Shown here piece by piece: positions 11,374 through 25,792 of a stretch of 64,000 nucleotides of DNA. The notes below the pieces were generated by a model that saw only the letters and a program-made list of their open reading frames with translations, made no database searches and was not told the origin of the DNA. The stretch comes from Nemertoderma westbladi (Eukaryota; Animalia; Xenacoelomorpha). Positions within the stretch are counted from its first letter, which is position 1; every line of letters starts with the position of its first letter. Location of the stretch: contig JAUCBJ010007881.1 of NCBI GenBank assembly GCA_032718475.1, forward strand, positions 1-64,000. Reading direction: 5' to 3'. The translations under genes and the position numbers were made by a program.

Positions 11374-12598
11374 TGTTCGCGCTTTCAGACCTTTGGCAGT
11401 TTAACCCACCAAATTAAGATGTCTTCTAGATATTAAATCTGCTTTTAGTCTATGACAAGTATTTGATTCACTACACTAGTCGAAACCAATCCGTGCGCGA
11501 CCATTCACCCGCTGGATATTCCCGGGAGATTGGGTTCGACGGTTTAATTTTATTGCTATGTAAGCCTAATGTATTATTCGACTGACAGTATTATATAATC
11601 TCTGACAATATTATTCACCTTCGGTAATATTAACAGTTCCTTTAGGACGTGGCGCTTTATCTATATAAACAGAGTTATGACTTAAACTACTCACAACGAT
11701 ATGGCTTAATTATAATTCACATATATGGCGCATTCTTTAGGAATTGCTTCTTTAACAGACTCACTCATACACAATGCTGCACAATACTGCACACTAATCT
11801 GCCAATCTTCACTGATTTTAGTCACATATAAAAGGAACACAGGCTGACTCATGTAGGGTCTATCAAATAACATTAGATTCACTTCAAACCACTTTAACAT
11901 AAGTCACAATCGTTATTGGTAACCTTTCTCTCTTACCTTCGGTATATCAAGAATATTGGGTTGCGGGGTTATTTATCGTTATTCCAAATATAATAATTCA
12001 TCAACCATATTATGAAGAACTGACAGTAAATAGCAGTATAAACAACAACTGAACAGTTAGGTATATCGGTACATCAGTACCGGTATGTCAGCATTGAGAT
12101 ATTTACAGAGATATTCAAGTTAAAGGATATATGCCCTTTATAATTAAACCTACTAGTGTAAGACTAAAAAGCAGTACAGCACAAAATACTTCCAAGCCGT
12201 TCTTTCTTTGGCTCAAGACTGAATGTAAACACTGCACATAGGCATTGCGTCATTTCTCGGAAATTTTCTGTACAAGGAGCCACAAAAACGCTCTCATTGG
12301 CTGACTGAACTGAGAGACGCCGTAGAACAAAGGAAATCAACACGTATGAATGTCAGCTGTTAACCGTAGTCATAGTAACTACTGTTCAAGAGTAGCTATC
12401 ACCCCTTTGCGTCACGAATTGCCATAGAATCATAAAATATGCCTTTCACAGTACACATACGGAGGAAATAGGTCTTAGATCCTCTAAAAACACCGATACA
12501 GCAATAATACGGTCTCTTACACCTACCAAATCAACTACAAAGTATTTTAATGTAAAAGATAATAAAAATAACGGGGCAATTCAGCAAAGGCTTTTACA
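11374..12598 (-). repeat. 5' LTR of element A (~1225 bp)
   Basis: Minus strand begins TGTAAAAGC and ends GCGCGAACA, the same termini as the LTR at 42942-44111. Confidence 0.85.
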
Positions 12599-12906
12599 GT
12601 GCCAGCCTGCAGTGGAGGTGGGCCAGCCTGCGGTGGAAGTGGGCCATCCTGCAGTGGAGGTGGGCCAGCCTGCAGTGGAGGTGGGCCAGCCTACAGTGGA
12701 GGTGGGCCAGCCTTCAGTGGAGGTGAGCCAGCCTGCAGTGGAGGTGGGCCAGCCTGCAGTAGAGGTGGGCCAGCCTGCGGTGGAGGTGGGCCAGCCTTCA
12801 GTGGAGGTGGGCCCGCCTACAGTGGAGGTGGGCCAGCCTGCGGTGGAGGTGGGCCAGTCTGCGGTGGAGGTGGGCCAGCCTGCGGTGGAGGTGGGCCAGC
12901 CTGCGG
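12599..12906. repeat. GC-rich 21-bp minisatellite, about 14 copies
   Basis: Unit GTGGAGGTGGGCCAGCCTGC(A/G), directly abutting the LTR end. Confidence 0.95.
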
Positions 12907-14004
12907 TACATCGAGGTGGTGTGGAGAATGTCTGTAATTATAATCATGAATAGGATTTAGATTAATTATTGAGTAATGTTTATTAATTAACTGTAATCTA
13001 CTACAAAATGCAATGATCTCAAAGTCCTCTTGTAGTCGAGTTAGCTACTGTATATAGTCCTACATATACATACATAGTCTAACAATGGGAACAATTTAAT
13101 TCAAATTTCTATATTGTTTATTGTTGCCAATTGAATATTGTGCAAATATTTGTTTTCTCTATTTAATAATAAGTTTATGTGCTATGGTCATGTGCCAGCA
13201 GGGCTGTGAAGAAAATAAATGCAATGCTTTAAATGTAATGCAATTCACGTTACTCAACTCCTGTTTTTGGAAGTTTCTATAAAAATCCTTCGAATTGGAG
13301 CGCGATTCGCATGAGCTATTTACTGCGTTCTCATTAGAAATGTTAATTTTATGATACAATAAATTATTTTCGCACGTGTGGCGCGAAGAGTAAATCGGCC
13401 TCCTGGCCTCTCCTGACAAACTGTTTAACTTCATTAAATACCCATGGTATAGCGTCTGTCTATAAAATTTCGATAAAATTTATTGGATATACTTTACCCA
13501 CGTACTCCTATGCTCCTATGTTAAAGAATCACTGTGCAAAACTTTGGAAAAATTAGAGGTCAAATTTGGGAAGGTTTTTTTTTACTGTAGGAACTAGAAA
13601 TTGTATCCACCACGCAGTCTTTAGCCTTACACATATTCACATCTGTCTAAAATTAGCAGTATTTGTGAATATGTTGTCCGTAGAGGCTGACGGATAGAGA
13701 CAGATAGCGGTGTAGGCTGGTTAAAAACTGTAAGTAAAATGTTTATTAAATGGATATGTGTAAGAAGGTTATGCACAACTTTTGAAAATTTTGCAAAAAT
13801 CCTGCCTAAATTAGTAGTTAGAATATGTATTATTAATTATAGCGGCGGTGATGGTTCATGGTTATGGCTAATTACTCCACCCTTTCATTGTAGCCAGTCT
13901 TTTAAGACGGCCATTGGCCAAGTACATTTGGGTTGATCACAGTGGATATAAATTGCGGACATACAAAATAACAGGTAGTATTTCCAGGTCTACCTTTTAT
14001 CTGA

Positions 14005-14075
14005 CACGCTATCGGAATGGTTAGAGCACCAGACTTCCATCCTGGAGGTCACCAGTTCGACACCACATGTACGTC
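14005..14075 (+). pseudogene. Degenerate tRNA-like or SINE-head sequence (TCC in the anticodon-like loop)
   Basis: TGGTTAGAGCA, CCAG-ACTTCCATC-CTGG arm, AGGTC, AGTTCGACACC; acceptor and T stems do not pair. Confidence 0.35.
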
Positions 14076-15269
14076 AATGCCGAATTTTCTATGCTATCTC
14101 AACAAAAATATAAAAATAAATCCTGTACGATGTTGATTCTGCTGTTTATTGGCGATTCAGTGGACATACAATTTGTAGTAAATTATATTTGTGGATTATA
14201 ATTATTTAAACCTTGCTAAGCACGATGAACTGGAGCTGACAATTCGCCCCCTAGCGACAGAGAGAGGAACTGTAAAAGTCTGTCTGTATGTAGAATTTAT
14301 AAATAAGCAATGCTCCTAGGTTACTATTACCAAATTTCAGATAAATCTGATGGTTGGTTCTACTTTTACGTTTCTGTCAATTCTCCCACTTGCGGCAGAC
14401 AGAGGAACTATGGAAGTCTGTCTGTGTGAAGAACATCTAAACTATTGATAGACTACATGTGTACAAAGTTTAGTTCCATTTCATCCATGATTGACCGACT
14501 TATTAGCGTTCAAACATAGCCAGCCACAAACATAGCCAGCCACAAACATAGCCAAGCCAGCCACAAACAAACAAACTAATAATAGCTGCAGGAACTCGAG
14601 CAGAGCACCAGTGATTTTTTTATGGACTTCTCTATGGACATATAATTTTTATTATATTTAATTTGCGAAATATCTTTGAATACGACTATAAGATATGAAG
14701 GAAATAAAGTCAGTTCACGGATTATTGCACCAACGATATTTTCACCACTTAACTTCTGAAAGTTTTGTTTTCGGATTAACTCTCGAAATAAGAAGATTGA
14801 AATACAATCCCAATGGAATAGCGTGCCGAAATAAATGGGTTGTAAACTTTTACTGAGTGTGAGTGGGTATAAGCCTATTGGGATTCAAATAAGATTAACT
14901 AAAAGAATATAACGAGCATTCCGTTGCTTCCATTGTATAGGCAACATAACATATTGGCCGTGGATGACCTCACATCAATGAGCACACCAAGTATCACAAT
15001 AACCCTGGGGCATACCATCTAATTAGATGTTCGTTATAGCATGCATAGTACATGTGAATTAGATCATCGCGGAAATACCGCGCAATTTGAACAATTATTT
15101 TTTGATTCGGTGTCATTTGGCTTGCTGAATTTAATTGACTAATAATAGAAGGCATTTTTGCCAAACTGGTAATCAATAATTACTAGAAATTCTGCAACAA
15201 AGAGACCAACCATTTAACAGTCAATTCTGGTAGATACACCAAACGTATTGTAGTAATTGTAGTGAGTTT

Positions 15270-18200
15270 TAGTTCTGTAGGTTGGTCCCTAGGTTGTACA
15301 CAGTCCTGTAGGTCGGCCCCTGGGTTGTACACAGTTCTGTAGGTCGGCCCCTAGGTTGTACACAGTTCTGTAGGTCTGCCCCTGGGTTGTACACAGTTCT
15401 TTAGGTCGGCCCCTCGGTTGTACACAGTTCTGTAGGTCGGCCCCTAGGTTGTACACAGTTCTGTAGGTCGGCCCCTAGGTTGTACACAGTTCTGTAGGTC
15501 TGCCCCTCGGTTGTACACAGTTCTGTAGGTCGGCCCCTGGGTTGTACACAGTTCTGTAGGTCGGCCCCTCGGTTGTACACAGTTCTGTAGGTCGGCCCCT
15601 CGGTTGTACATAGTTCAGTAGGTCGGCCCCTCGGTTGTATACAGTTCTTTAGGTCGGCCCCTGGGTTGTACACAGTTCTTTAGGTCGGCCCCTCGGTTGT
15701 ACACAGTTCTGTAGGTCTGCCCCTCGGTTGTACACAGTTCTGTAGGTCGGCCCCTAGGTTGTACACAGTTCTGTAGGTCGGCCCATAGGTTGTACACAGT
15801 TCAGTAGGTCGGTCCCTAGGTTGTACACAGTTCTGTAGGTCTGCCCCTCGGTTGTACACAGTTCTGTAGGTCGGCCCCTGGGTTGTACGCAGTTCTTTAG
15901 GTCGGCCCCTCGGTGGTACACAGTTCAGTAGGTCGGTCCCTAGGTTGTACACAGTTCTGTAGGTCTGCCCCTCGGTTGTACACAGTTCTGTAGGTCGGCC
16001 CCTCGGTTGTACACAGTTCTTTAGGTCGGCCCCTCGGTTTTACATAGTTCTGTAGGTCGGTCCCTCGGTTTTACATAGTTCTGTAGGTCGGCCCCTAGGT
16101 TGTACACAGTTCTGTAGGTCGGCCCCTCGGTTGTACATAATTCTGTAGGTCGGCCCCTCGGTTGTACACAGTTCTGTAGGTCTGCCCCTCGGTTGTACAT
16201 AGTTCTGTAGGTCGGCCCCTCGGTTTTACACAGTTCTGTAGGTCGGTCCCTCGGTTGTATACAGTTCTGTAGGTCGGCCCCTCGGTTGTACACAGTTCTG
16301 TAGGTCTGCCCCTCGGTTGTACACAGTTCTGTAGGTCGGCCCCTCGGTTTTACACAGTTCTGTAGGTCGGCCCCTGGGTTGTACACAGTTCTGTAGGTCT
16401 GCCCCTCGGTTGTACACAGTTCTGTAGGTCGGTCCCTCGGTTGTATACAGTTCTGTAGGTCGGCCCCTCGGTTGTACACAGTTCTGTAGGTCTGCCCCTC
16501 GGTTGTACACAGTTATGTAGGTCGGCCCCTCGGTTGTACATAGTTCTGTAGGTCGGCCCCTCGGTTGTACATAGTTCTGTAGGTCGGTCCCTCGGTTGTA
16601 CACAGTTCTGTAGGTCGGCCCCTCGGTTGTACACAGTTCTTTAGGTCGGCCCCTCGGTTGTACATAGTTCTGTAGGTCGGTCCCTCGGTTGTACATAGTT
16701 ATGTAGGTCGGTCCCTCGGTTGTATACAGTTCTGTAGGTCGGCCCCTCGGTTGTACACAGTTCTGTAGGTCGGCCCCTCGGTTGTACACAGTTCTGTAGG
16801 TCGGCCCCTCGGTTGTACACAGTTCTGTAGGTCGGCCCCTCGGTTGTACACAGTTCTTTAGGTCGGCCCCTCGGTTGTACATAGTTCTGTAGGTCGGTCC
16901 CTCGGTTGTACATAGTTATGTAGGTCGGTCCCTCGGTTGTACACAGTTCTGTAGGTCGGCCCCTCGGTTGTACACAGTTCTGTAGGTCGGCCCCTCGGTT
17001 GTACACAGTTCTTTAGGTCGGCCCCTCGGTTGTACATAGTTCTGTAGGTCGGTCCCTCGGTTGTACATAGTTATGTAGGTCGGCCCCTCGGTTGTACACA
17101 GTTCTGTAGGTCGGCCCCTCGGTTGTACATAGTTCTGTAGGTCGGTCCCTCGGTTGTACATAGTTATGTAGGTCGGCCCCTCGGTTGTACACAGTTCTGT
17201 AGGTCGGCCCCTCGGTTGTACACAGTTCTGTAGGTCGGCCCCTCGGTTGTACACAGTTCTGTAGGTCGGCCCCTCGGTTGTACACAGTTCTTTAGGTCGG
17301 CCCCTCGGTTGTACATAGTTCTGTAGGTCGGTCCCTCGGTTGTACATAGTTATGTAGGTCGGTCCCTCGGTTGTACACAGTTCTGTAGGTCGGCCCCTCG
17401 GTTGTACACAGTTCTGTAGGTCGGCCCCTCGGTTGTACACAGTTCTTTAGGTCGGCCCCTCGGTTGTACATAGTTCTGTAGGTCGGTCCCTCGGTTGTAC
17501 ATAGTTATGTAGGTCGGCCCCTCGGTTGTACACAGTTCTGTAGCTCGGCCCCTCGGTTGTACATAGTTCTGTATGTCGGCCCCTGGGTTGTACACAGTTC
17601 TGTAGGTCGGCCCCTCGGTTTTACACAGTTCTGTAGGTCGGTCCCTCGGTTGTATACAGTTCTGTAGGTCGGCCCCTCGGTTGTACACAGTTCTGTAGGT
17701 CTGCCCCTCGGTTGTATACAGTTCTTTAGGTCGGCCCCTCAGTTGTACACAGTTCTTTAGGTCGGCCCCTCGGTTGTACACAGTTCTGTAGGTCTGCCCC
17801 TCGGTTGTACACAGTTCTGTAGGTCGGTCCCTCGGTTGTATACAGTTCTGTAGGTCGGCCCCTCGGTTGTACACAGTTCTGTAGGTCGGCCCCTCGGTTG
17901 TACATAGTTCTGTAGGTCGGCCCCTCGGTTGTACACAGTTCTTTAGGTTGGCCCCTCGGTTTTACATAGTTCTGTAGGTCGGTCCCTCGGTTTTACATAG
18001 TTCTGTAGGTCGTCCCCTCGGTTGTACATAGTTCTATAGGTCGGTCCCTCGGTTGTACACAGTTCTGTAGGTCGGTCCCTCGGTTGTACATAGTTTTTTA
18101 GGTGGGCCCCTGCGTTGTACATAGTTCTGTAGTTCTGCCCCTCGGTTGTACACAGCTCTTTAGGTCGGCCCCTCGGTTGTACACAGTTCTTTAGGTCGGC

Positions 18201-18594
18201 CCCTCGGTTGTACACAGTTCAGTAGGTCGGCCCCTCGGTTGTATACAGTTCTGTAGGTCGGCCCCTCGGTTGTACACAGTTCTTTAGGTCGGCCCCTCGG
18301 TTGTACACAGTTCTGTAGGTCGGCCCCTCAGTTGTACACAGTTCTGTAGGTCGGCCCCTCGGTTGTACACAGTTCTGTAGGTCGGCCCCTCGGTTGTACA
18401 CAGTTCTGTAGGTCGATCCCTCGGTTGTAAACAGTTCTTTAGGTCGGCCCCTGGCTTGTACATAGTTATGTAGGTCTGCCCCTCGGTTGTACACAGTTCT
18501 GTAGGTCGGTCCCTCGGTTGTACACAGTTCTGTAGGTCGGCCCCTCAGTTGTACACAGTTCTGTAGGTCGGCCCCTCGGTTGTACACAGTTCTG
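15270..18594. repeat. 31-bp satellite, about 107 copies
   Basis: Unit GTAGGTCGGCCCCTCGGTTGTACACAGTTCT with recurring point variants. Confidence 0.97.
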
Positions 18595-19729
18595 CAGTCT
18601 GCAGCTAGAGGAAGAAGTGTGTGAAAGTGAAAACCTTGGCCCATTTTGTTGTCCTGGTTCTTGGCAGATATGGACTAAAGCATAACAAAGTTAGCAGTTA
18701 GCAGTTAGCAGTTAGGAGGAATTTGAGGTTTTCGCTTTCGGACTTTTCGCACTCTTAGTACCCTTCTAGAGGGCTGGATTCTGGATGTACCAGTCTTTTA
18801 GTAAAGTTGTCGTTAATACTAACTACCTATACTGAACAGTACCGTCACTTATACAGCTGTAAGTACGGTACTGAACAATAAACTAGCAGAATGATGGATA
18901 CGTTTTTATATTACTTCAGTGGCGGGAGTGAGACACGCGATAGCCCAGTTTCGGCACATATATGTGGCGAAATTTTCGATATATAGAAAAATGTGGCGGG
19001 TATGGTACAAAGTTCTTTATGCCTACGACTACTGTATAAGTAATCATTATTTTAGAAGGAAAATAATTATAAAATCTTCCTACGATTTAGTTTTTGGATA
19101 TAGACAGTTTTTAAATTCTGCTGTTTGTAGACTTTCTCATTTTTATGTGGCTAAAATTAGGCATTTTAAAAATAAATTTAAGAATAGAGAGTATTCAGCT
19201 ATCTATTCTGACAATTAATTAAATCGATTTTTCAAAAATTTTCTATATTTTTGCTCTCGGCCCACGTGGTTTTGACGCTTACCAATGTAAGGATGTATAA
19301 ATGAATACCTTTTTATTAAAAATCGAAGCAAGAAAATCGTAATTCAGAATAGTCATCCAGAAGTTCCGATGTGCAATATAATTACAATCACCTTAAGGCA
19401 TGCGATAAAATGTCTTTATAGGATTTTTGTAGCTCATGATAATGATAACGATTATTTGGAGTAACATTTAATCAATAACATAAACCTCATGGGGTGAGCC
19501 CTCAAAAACATCTGCTTGCCGATTGTTAAGTCTAAGTGGCCAGTAGTGGTGGAGATAATCTGAAAGGCGACCAAATGGGAATAAGATAGTGGTGTAAGAT
19601 GCAAGATGCAATAATTTCGCTCCCATTGCTTCACACATTAATGGGGCCGTAGACAATATGTGATGAAGACGTGTCTTTAAACAATTAGGGGGGAGTAAAC
19701 GCGAAAGTGTTAGCGTCAAAATACCCATC

Positions 19730-20545
19730 TAGAGTATAGTGATCAATGAGTACTGGCCAGAACACAGCCAAATGAGACAGTGAAGTGGCGAGGTGAAACG
19801 GCGAAAGCAATGTCCTTCAAATCGGAGGCGACTTTGTTCCAGTGTCAAGCTTGGGGGAACCAATGAGACACCTCCAATGTTATATAGTGTCTGGTTGGAG
19901 ATGTGTGCATTGTACTTGACACAATGAACCTGGCGTAGCATTCTTGTGAATGTGCCATCCAGAGATTTAGTGTCCTCCGCAGTTAGAGCCCAGCATGGAC
20001 TCCCATAGAGGAGTACTGGAATTACTGCTGCTCTAAATAATCGGACCTTAAGATTCCGATTAATTCTGTGTGACTTCCAAATCCTGGAAAGCCTATTCAG
20101 GGCTGCCCATGCCTTTCCCTTACGTATTTGAAGGTCCTAACTTCCTAATCCTAACTAACTAAAAATTAAAACTAACTTCCGGATCCATGATCCCAGGTAA
20201 CAGAAGTCATCCACAGGCTCAAGCGTACCATCCTTTGAGCTTATGCGCATCCGGTCAGTGACTTGCTGAGGACTTTCAAAGTTAACTGTCAAAATTTTGG
20301 TCTTTTTGGAGTTAATAAAACCAACACTAGAAGCAGCCTGTTCTAATGAGCTGAGGAGCCGTTGGGCTCCCTCTAGTGGTTCTGAGAGTACTCCTAAGTC
20401 ATCAGCTAAGTCTAGATCAGTTAGGTACTTGGCAGGATTTCCTCGACTTTTGTAGCCAGTAGGTGGAGTAACCATCACCCCATCATTATTATGATGATTT
20501 AAGTACATGCGTAGAACATAGCCAACCACAATTATGAACAAGAAT
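19730..20545 (-). mobile_element. Degenerate RTE-like non-LTR retrotransposon fragment (RT and C-terminus)
   Basis: LTDLDLADDL (FADD box), DDFCYLGSWI, AWAALNRLSRIWKS, LFRAAVIPVLLYG, with frameshifts. Confidence 0.85.
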
Positions 20546-21157
20546 GGCGCAAGATAGTGATACTTTAAACGTAGAAAGGAAAATTAGAGAGATTTGTTTC
20601 TTAGAGAAATCATCGCTACATTTAGGGCGTCCAATTGAAGATTTCCAAAGAGCTGTGGAATAGGTTTCCAGTTGAGATGTGAATTTGCTAAAGCAATTGA
20701 GCACTACCTGTTACAACTGTTATAGTAGATGATTGAGATTAATGACCAACTGCTAACTTATGCAGTTAACCAAACACTGCAACTAGAACGCCATCAAGAT
20801 GGCTTTAAACGAACCTGTCTTACACAGACTCCAAGAAACAGATGGGATTGGAAGATGCAAACCAAGAATGACTTGCATCAACCAAAAAACTGCCTCCCAT
20901 CTAATGTAATACACATTCGCCTAGGCAAACAAATCATAATCACAATTACTACGATGATGTGTGAAATGGTATCCATATCCGCAACCTGAGAAACGGCCCA
21001 AAAGAGCAGTTTATTCTGCGGAGGGGTCTTTTCTGTATTAGATAAATAAAATAAAGAACACTATAATTACAGTATTTATACCTGATACATTCTCAGTTAG
21101 CCTAATAAAAACATCGGAGCAACCAATATAATGTACATGTACAAGCATCCTATGAAA

Positions 21158-22220
21158 GGTGTTCGGACACTTCCCCCCCGGACACTTCCCCCCCGCGGAC
21201 ACTTCCCCCCCGACTCGACTGTTCTTAACTTCGCACATTCGTATTTTTCATTTTGTAAGGTAAACGGACCGCTTGTATCCAGATAAGTTGTATCCAATTT
21301 TCCTTTCGTAGCGCAGAAAGTGATCTTTTGCATCCCGATTTTACATTTTATATCCAAGTTTTATTTATGGGTTTTATCAATGCAATTACATCGTATTGTT
21401 TGCTAATCTTCAAACAATTAATTATATTAGATGACCTATAAATTCCATCCCCGGAATGATATACTGTTTTTATTAACTATAGAATTATAAAAATTAATTG
21501 TTTTAATTATAGGTATTATTATGTAATAGTCTTCTTCAAATTGTAGCAGATGGGGATGAATATTATTGTTGCAATCAAAATTATACCTCTCCAGGGTAAA
21601 ATCGGTGTGCGTCGACCTGTATTCTGTGTTCAGCATTACTTATTGATATATATATTACTACTATACATACTATATAGATATTATACACACTACATATTAA
21701 ATTTCCTGGTTACTTGCAATATTTTTAATAGGATTTTGTTGAATTATATAATATTGTAGTAATTTATATATTAAATTGGTTAACATTCAATACAGCTCCT
21801 ACTTTAGGCTTAGTCAATTTATTATCTGATGATACAAACATGAATTAATTATTTCAAAGAAGCGGGGGTTTGGGGGCGGTAGCCCCCAACAAAAGAAGCG
21901 GGGGTTTGGGGGCGGCAGCCCCCAATTAAAAGAAATTAAAAGAATTAAAGGAATTAAAAGAAAAACAAACAAAATTTGACTATAAAAATGTTTCTTTTAT
22001 AATTTTGAAAAAACTTGTCTAGATACAACTTGTCCTGTAACCATCTTTAACTTTTGTTTATTGCTTTGATGCACCCAGATTAATTTTAACACTTTAACTG
22101 GGGGGGAAGTGTCCGGGGGGCAAGTGTCCGGGGGGGAAGTGTCCGGGGGGGAAGTGTCCTACTTGGGCGGGGGGGAAGTGTCCGGGGGGGAAGTGTCCGG
22201 GGGGGAAGTGTCCTAGATCC
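21158..22220. mobile_element. Mutator/foldback-like MITE with a 9-bp TSD
   Basis: CCTATGAAA at 21149-21157 and 22221-22229; termini built from tandem GGACACTTCCCCCC(C) units in inverted orientation. Confidence 0.85.
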
Positions 22221-23293
22221 CCTATGAAAGTTTGTGAAATGTTCCCTTAAGTCTACCCAACAGCCGTTGGTACCCGGCTGGCAGCCACCCTGGTTCAGTT
22301 TTATGGTTTTGTTAGTTTAATCGACAGCTGTTGTAAACGTATATACAAAACCTACTAAGCCTTTGCATTCCAATTGAGCTTAGCCTAAGTTGATGACAGT
22401 ATTATAACGATGACAATTAGGCCCTATAGATACATACGATATATAAATGATGTACTGCTTGACATTACACTAACTGGCTGAATAGAGATAGAACTATAAT
22501 AATACGTTTGGCATTCTGTCAGATTTCAGTAGTAAGTAACCTCATAATAATTGCTAAATATCAATCACCTGAAAAACATTTCAAGCAAGGGAGTTGTGGG
22601 TATTTAATTTCGCGTTCAATAATGTTGAAAATATGCAAATATTTCGAATATCGCACTTCGAATCGTTCCCAACTTTTTTATTCAACAACTAGACAACAAT
22701 TGATAAATACTTGCGTTTACAATTTTACAATGCATGCAAGTGGTTTCAAGCCATTTGGTGAACATACATAGTGACATATATAGTGATATAGGTAAATATA
22801 TCCATCGTGTTTTTGCCGGCCTCAGCTTTAGACAAAAACTACCCAGTCTAAAGACAGGTTCGTTATTACCGAGCTTTCGATTTGCACTTTAAAAATGTAA
22901 GAATTGAGAATACTCGAAACGTGTCCCAGAAGTCACTTTGCAGCGTAACAAAATTCATTAATAGTACTAATTAATTGTAAGCTGGGATAATATCACTGGG
23001 ACAATCACTCCCGAAGTTATATTCTGTGTATTATCGCAGACTGATGATGATGTCAGATAGTGGCTCAAATTGCCTGCAAGTTAAATACAGTTTATTTTAT
23101 TGTTTTGGTTAGAAAACACAGCCACTGTAATCTGCTCCTTTCTATTAGATAGTTTCAGTGGGATAACAATGTGCGCAACCTGTTGAATTTTAAAAGCTAT
23201 GAAACAAAAAAAAATACGACAAAACCTGTCTCACAGAAACAATCAACAGTGAAACCTTAGCTATAAATGAAATATATATAAAAAATATATGTA

Positions 23294-23323
23294 TCTATAC
23301 CTATAAAAATCAAATTCTGTCTG

Positions 23324-23360
<37 letters not shown>

Positions 23361-23588
23361 GTGTTCGAACTCCTCCAAAACGGGCAGAGGGATTGCGCTG
23401 GGACTTGGCATGTGTGTATAACTTTAACCAGCGGTCGTTATAGGCCACTTTTCGAAAAGTATAATTCACGTTCGGTACCGGTACTGGGTACCGGTACGTC
23501 AGTAGGCCTATACCGGTACCAGTACGCCAGTAGGCATATGCCGGTAGCGGGAAATACCGGGTAACATGCCTCGGGTATTGCCTGCTAG
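23294..23588 (+). mobile_element. Non-autonomous Helitron-like element containing a (CT)n microsatellite
   Basis: A|TCTATACCTATAAAA start; GC-rich subterminal hairpin; CTAG|T end; no TSD. Confidence 0.65.
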
Positions 23589-23983
23589 TAAAACATAATA
23601 ATAAAAATTCAAATTAAATTTGAAATTGAAGAAAATTAAGAGTGTTAATTTCAAAAATATAAGTTATATTTTTGACGTGTTATAGCCCAATCATATTCAG
23701 AAGAGACAATTATTGTGTGAACAGAAAAGATAATGAAGTAAATATTGCACCTTCAAAGTATCGTATGCGTTCATTAACAACAGCAAAATCCTGGCTGCTG
23801 TGGGAGTTTGAAATGAACAACTACGACATTAATGACATTTACATTTCAAGATAAATTCGTTTATTAACACAATACAATTATGCTAAATTTAATTGTTCTT
23901 CGTATTGAAATAAATCCGCCTTAATATTTTTTTGTAATCATTGACTAACATTTAATATCATTATAAATTATCTATTCCTTTAG

Positions 23984-24124
23984 ATGAAGAGTTACATTTT
24001 GTGTGCAGTTATTTGTGTTGTAGTACTGAGCTGTACACTGACAAATGCGCAGCCAAATATGCATAGCTTCTCTGCGCCAATGTCCCATGTCCAATGGCTT
24101 AAACGGAATGGACAAGGAGTCAAG
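23984..24124 (+). CDS. Neuropeptide-like precursor, coding exon 1 (signal peptide, peptide, KR site)
   Basis: Acceptor TTTAG directly before ATG; MKSYILCAVICVVVLSCTLTNA|QPNMHSFSAPMSHVQWL-KR-NGQGVK; phase-0 donor AAG|GTAATG. Confidence 0.75.
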
Positions 24125-25029
24125 GTAATGTGTAGTTAGTTTACTTGGTATAATAATAGACCAATATATATATTATAGTTTAATTATTGAAAGTAAAACT
24201 TACAGTTAGTTATACCATAGAAGGCGGACTAGCTCAGTTGGGCATTATATGTGTAAATATGACTAGATGTTGCATTTTGTTCCTGAAATGAAACAAATGT
24301 CACCATTTGGTTTTCCACTAATTGTTGGGGCCTGTGGTAATCAGGTATCTGGAGCAAACGGCTGAAACTCCACACAGGAGTTGCAGGGATCACGTTCTCT
24401 GGCCACTGCCAACATAACAACAAACTTTAGGATATCTAAATTATCGTATTTTTGTGACATATTATGTAAATTACTATTTTAAGTCAGGGGTTATGAACAG
24501 AGCAAGAAGCGTAATGCACAGCATGTGAAGTTTAAATGAAAGTATTTGCATGGGATCATTTCTTGCCCATAATATGATTTTCAGCATCAAGATATATCAA
24601 GGCAGTCCAGTGAAGGGCGCCAGAAGTTGTAAGTTATACGTAATTATGATGGAGACCATTTGAAAGAATGAAAAAGAACACCACAGCGCTGTCAATGGCT
24701 ACTAAGGTTGCCGAGATTGATCTCCGGGCCAGTGGGTGTTTGGGGGTGATCGTGATCAACTGCGATGAGGATAGCAGTGGTCGAGGAATACTTCGATACT
24801 CCACACCACAGCTTCCAGAAGAAGGCTTATGTGATCGAGCTCCTCCAGTGTGCCCGAGTTAATCACGCCAAACCGGAGGAGATATGGCAGGGATAATTAC
24901 CGTGAGCCACAGTTTATTAGCAGTGGCTAAGTTTGTTGAAGTGAGATTAACTTTTGATAATAGAAGAAAACAGCACGCGATTTTCTTTTATACTTTTCAT
25001 TGTAGTGGCCGCTTGCGACTATTGTAGTG

Positions 25030-25130
25030 GTCAGTCGCGTGGTGTCCAACAAGGAGACGGACTCAGTCCATATCTATTCATCCTTTACATCACCGATTTG
25101 ATCACGTACATCCTGTATAGTCACCGCTTC
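25030..25130 (+). mobile_element. Small LINE reverse-transcriptase fragment
   Basis: GVQQGDGLSPYLFILYITDL matches the non-LTR RT GVPQG..LSP.LF motif. Confidence 0.65.
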
Positions 25131-25792
25131 GCAATGTAGTCAGTCACTCGATTAAGCTGCCACTGATTTCATCACCACATTATGCAGAACTCAAGGATTC
25201 CACCAGTTAGATGAAGGCCGCTGTGTTTGTGTGGGGAACCAACCAGCCACTTATTTCCATCTGATCCAATGCCACCGGAACAAAAGTTCATTGTCATACT
25301 GGGCCTCACTATAGCTTTTGAAAACATATATTATCCAAATTTTAACAACTAATTATTATTATAGGCTATGTTTGTGTTTTATACCTTCCTGTATTTTTCT
25401 TTTAACTTATATTTTATTGCATTGGGGCTTAACCATACTAACACCATGCCACGACCCTGGCATGGCTTCATCCTGATTATATATATTGTAGTGGCCGCTT
25501 GTGACATTCTTAATTGTTAGAGTCACTCCTAGGTAGTTAAATAGGTTCACAAATTCGATTGCTGTGTACCTCTGTAGGTGAGCTTGCCGTTGTTACATAG
25601 GTAGACTCCATGACGAAAAGTGATTGGTTTGGTTTTTGTTGAGTTAACCTTTAGATCATTGGCACAATAAACCGATAGAGTCAATGAGTGTCTGCGCCTC
25701 TATGGAGTTACCAGTTATGGCGACATAACTTTTAACTTTATGTTAATTGCCTTATGGAGTTTTAATTGCCTTATGGGGTGTTAATTGCCTTA

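Larger units (their letters stand above)
5090..12598 (-). mobile_element. BEL/Pao LTR retrotransposon A, 3'-truncated (5' LTR, ~2.2-kb leader, gag, protease)
   Basis: LTR with TGT...ACA ends, BEL-type gag and protease motifs, clear homology to element B; similarity to B stops abruptly at ~5090. Confidence 0.9.

Noticed and set aside
12599-12953. Gly/Cys-rich or AVEVGQP proteins
   Set aside because: Translations of a 21-bp minisatellite with non-ATG starts
14005-14075. Functional tRNA-Gly
   Set aside because: Acceptor and T stems do not pair; kept only as a tRNA-derived relic
15270-18594. CRISPR-like array, or the many MYNRGADL ORFs
   Set aside because: Contiguous 31-bp monomers with no unique spacers and no cas genes; the ORFs are by-products of the repeat
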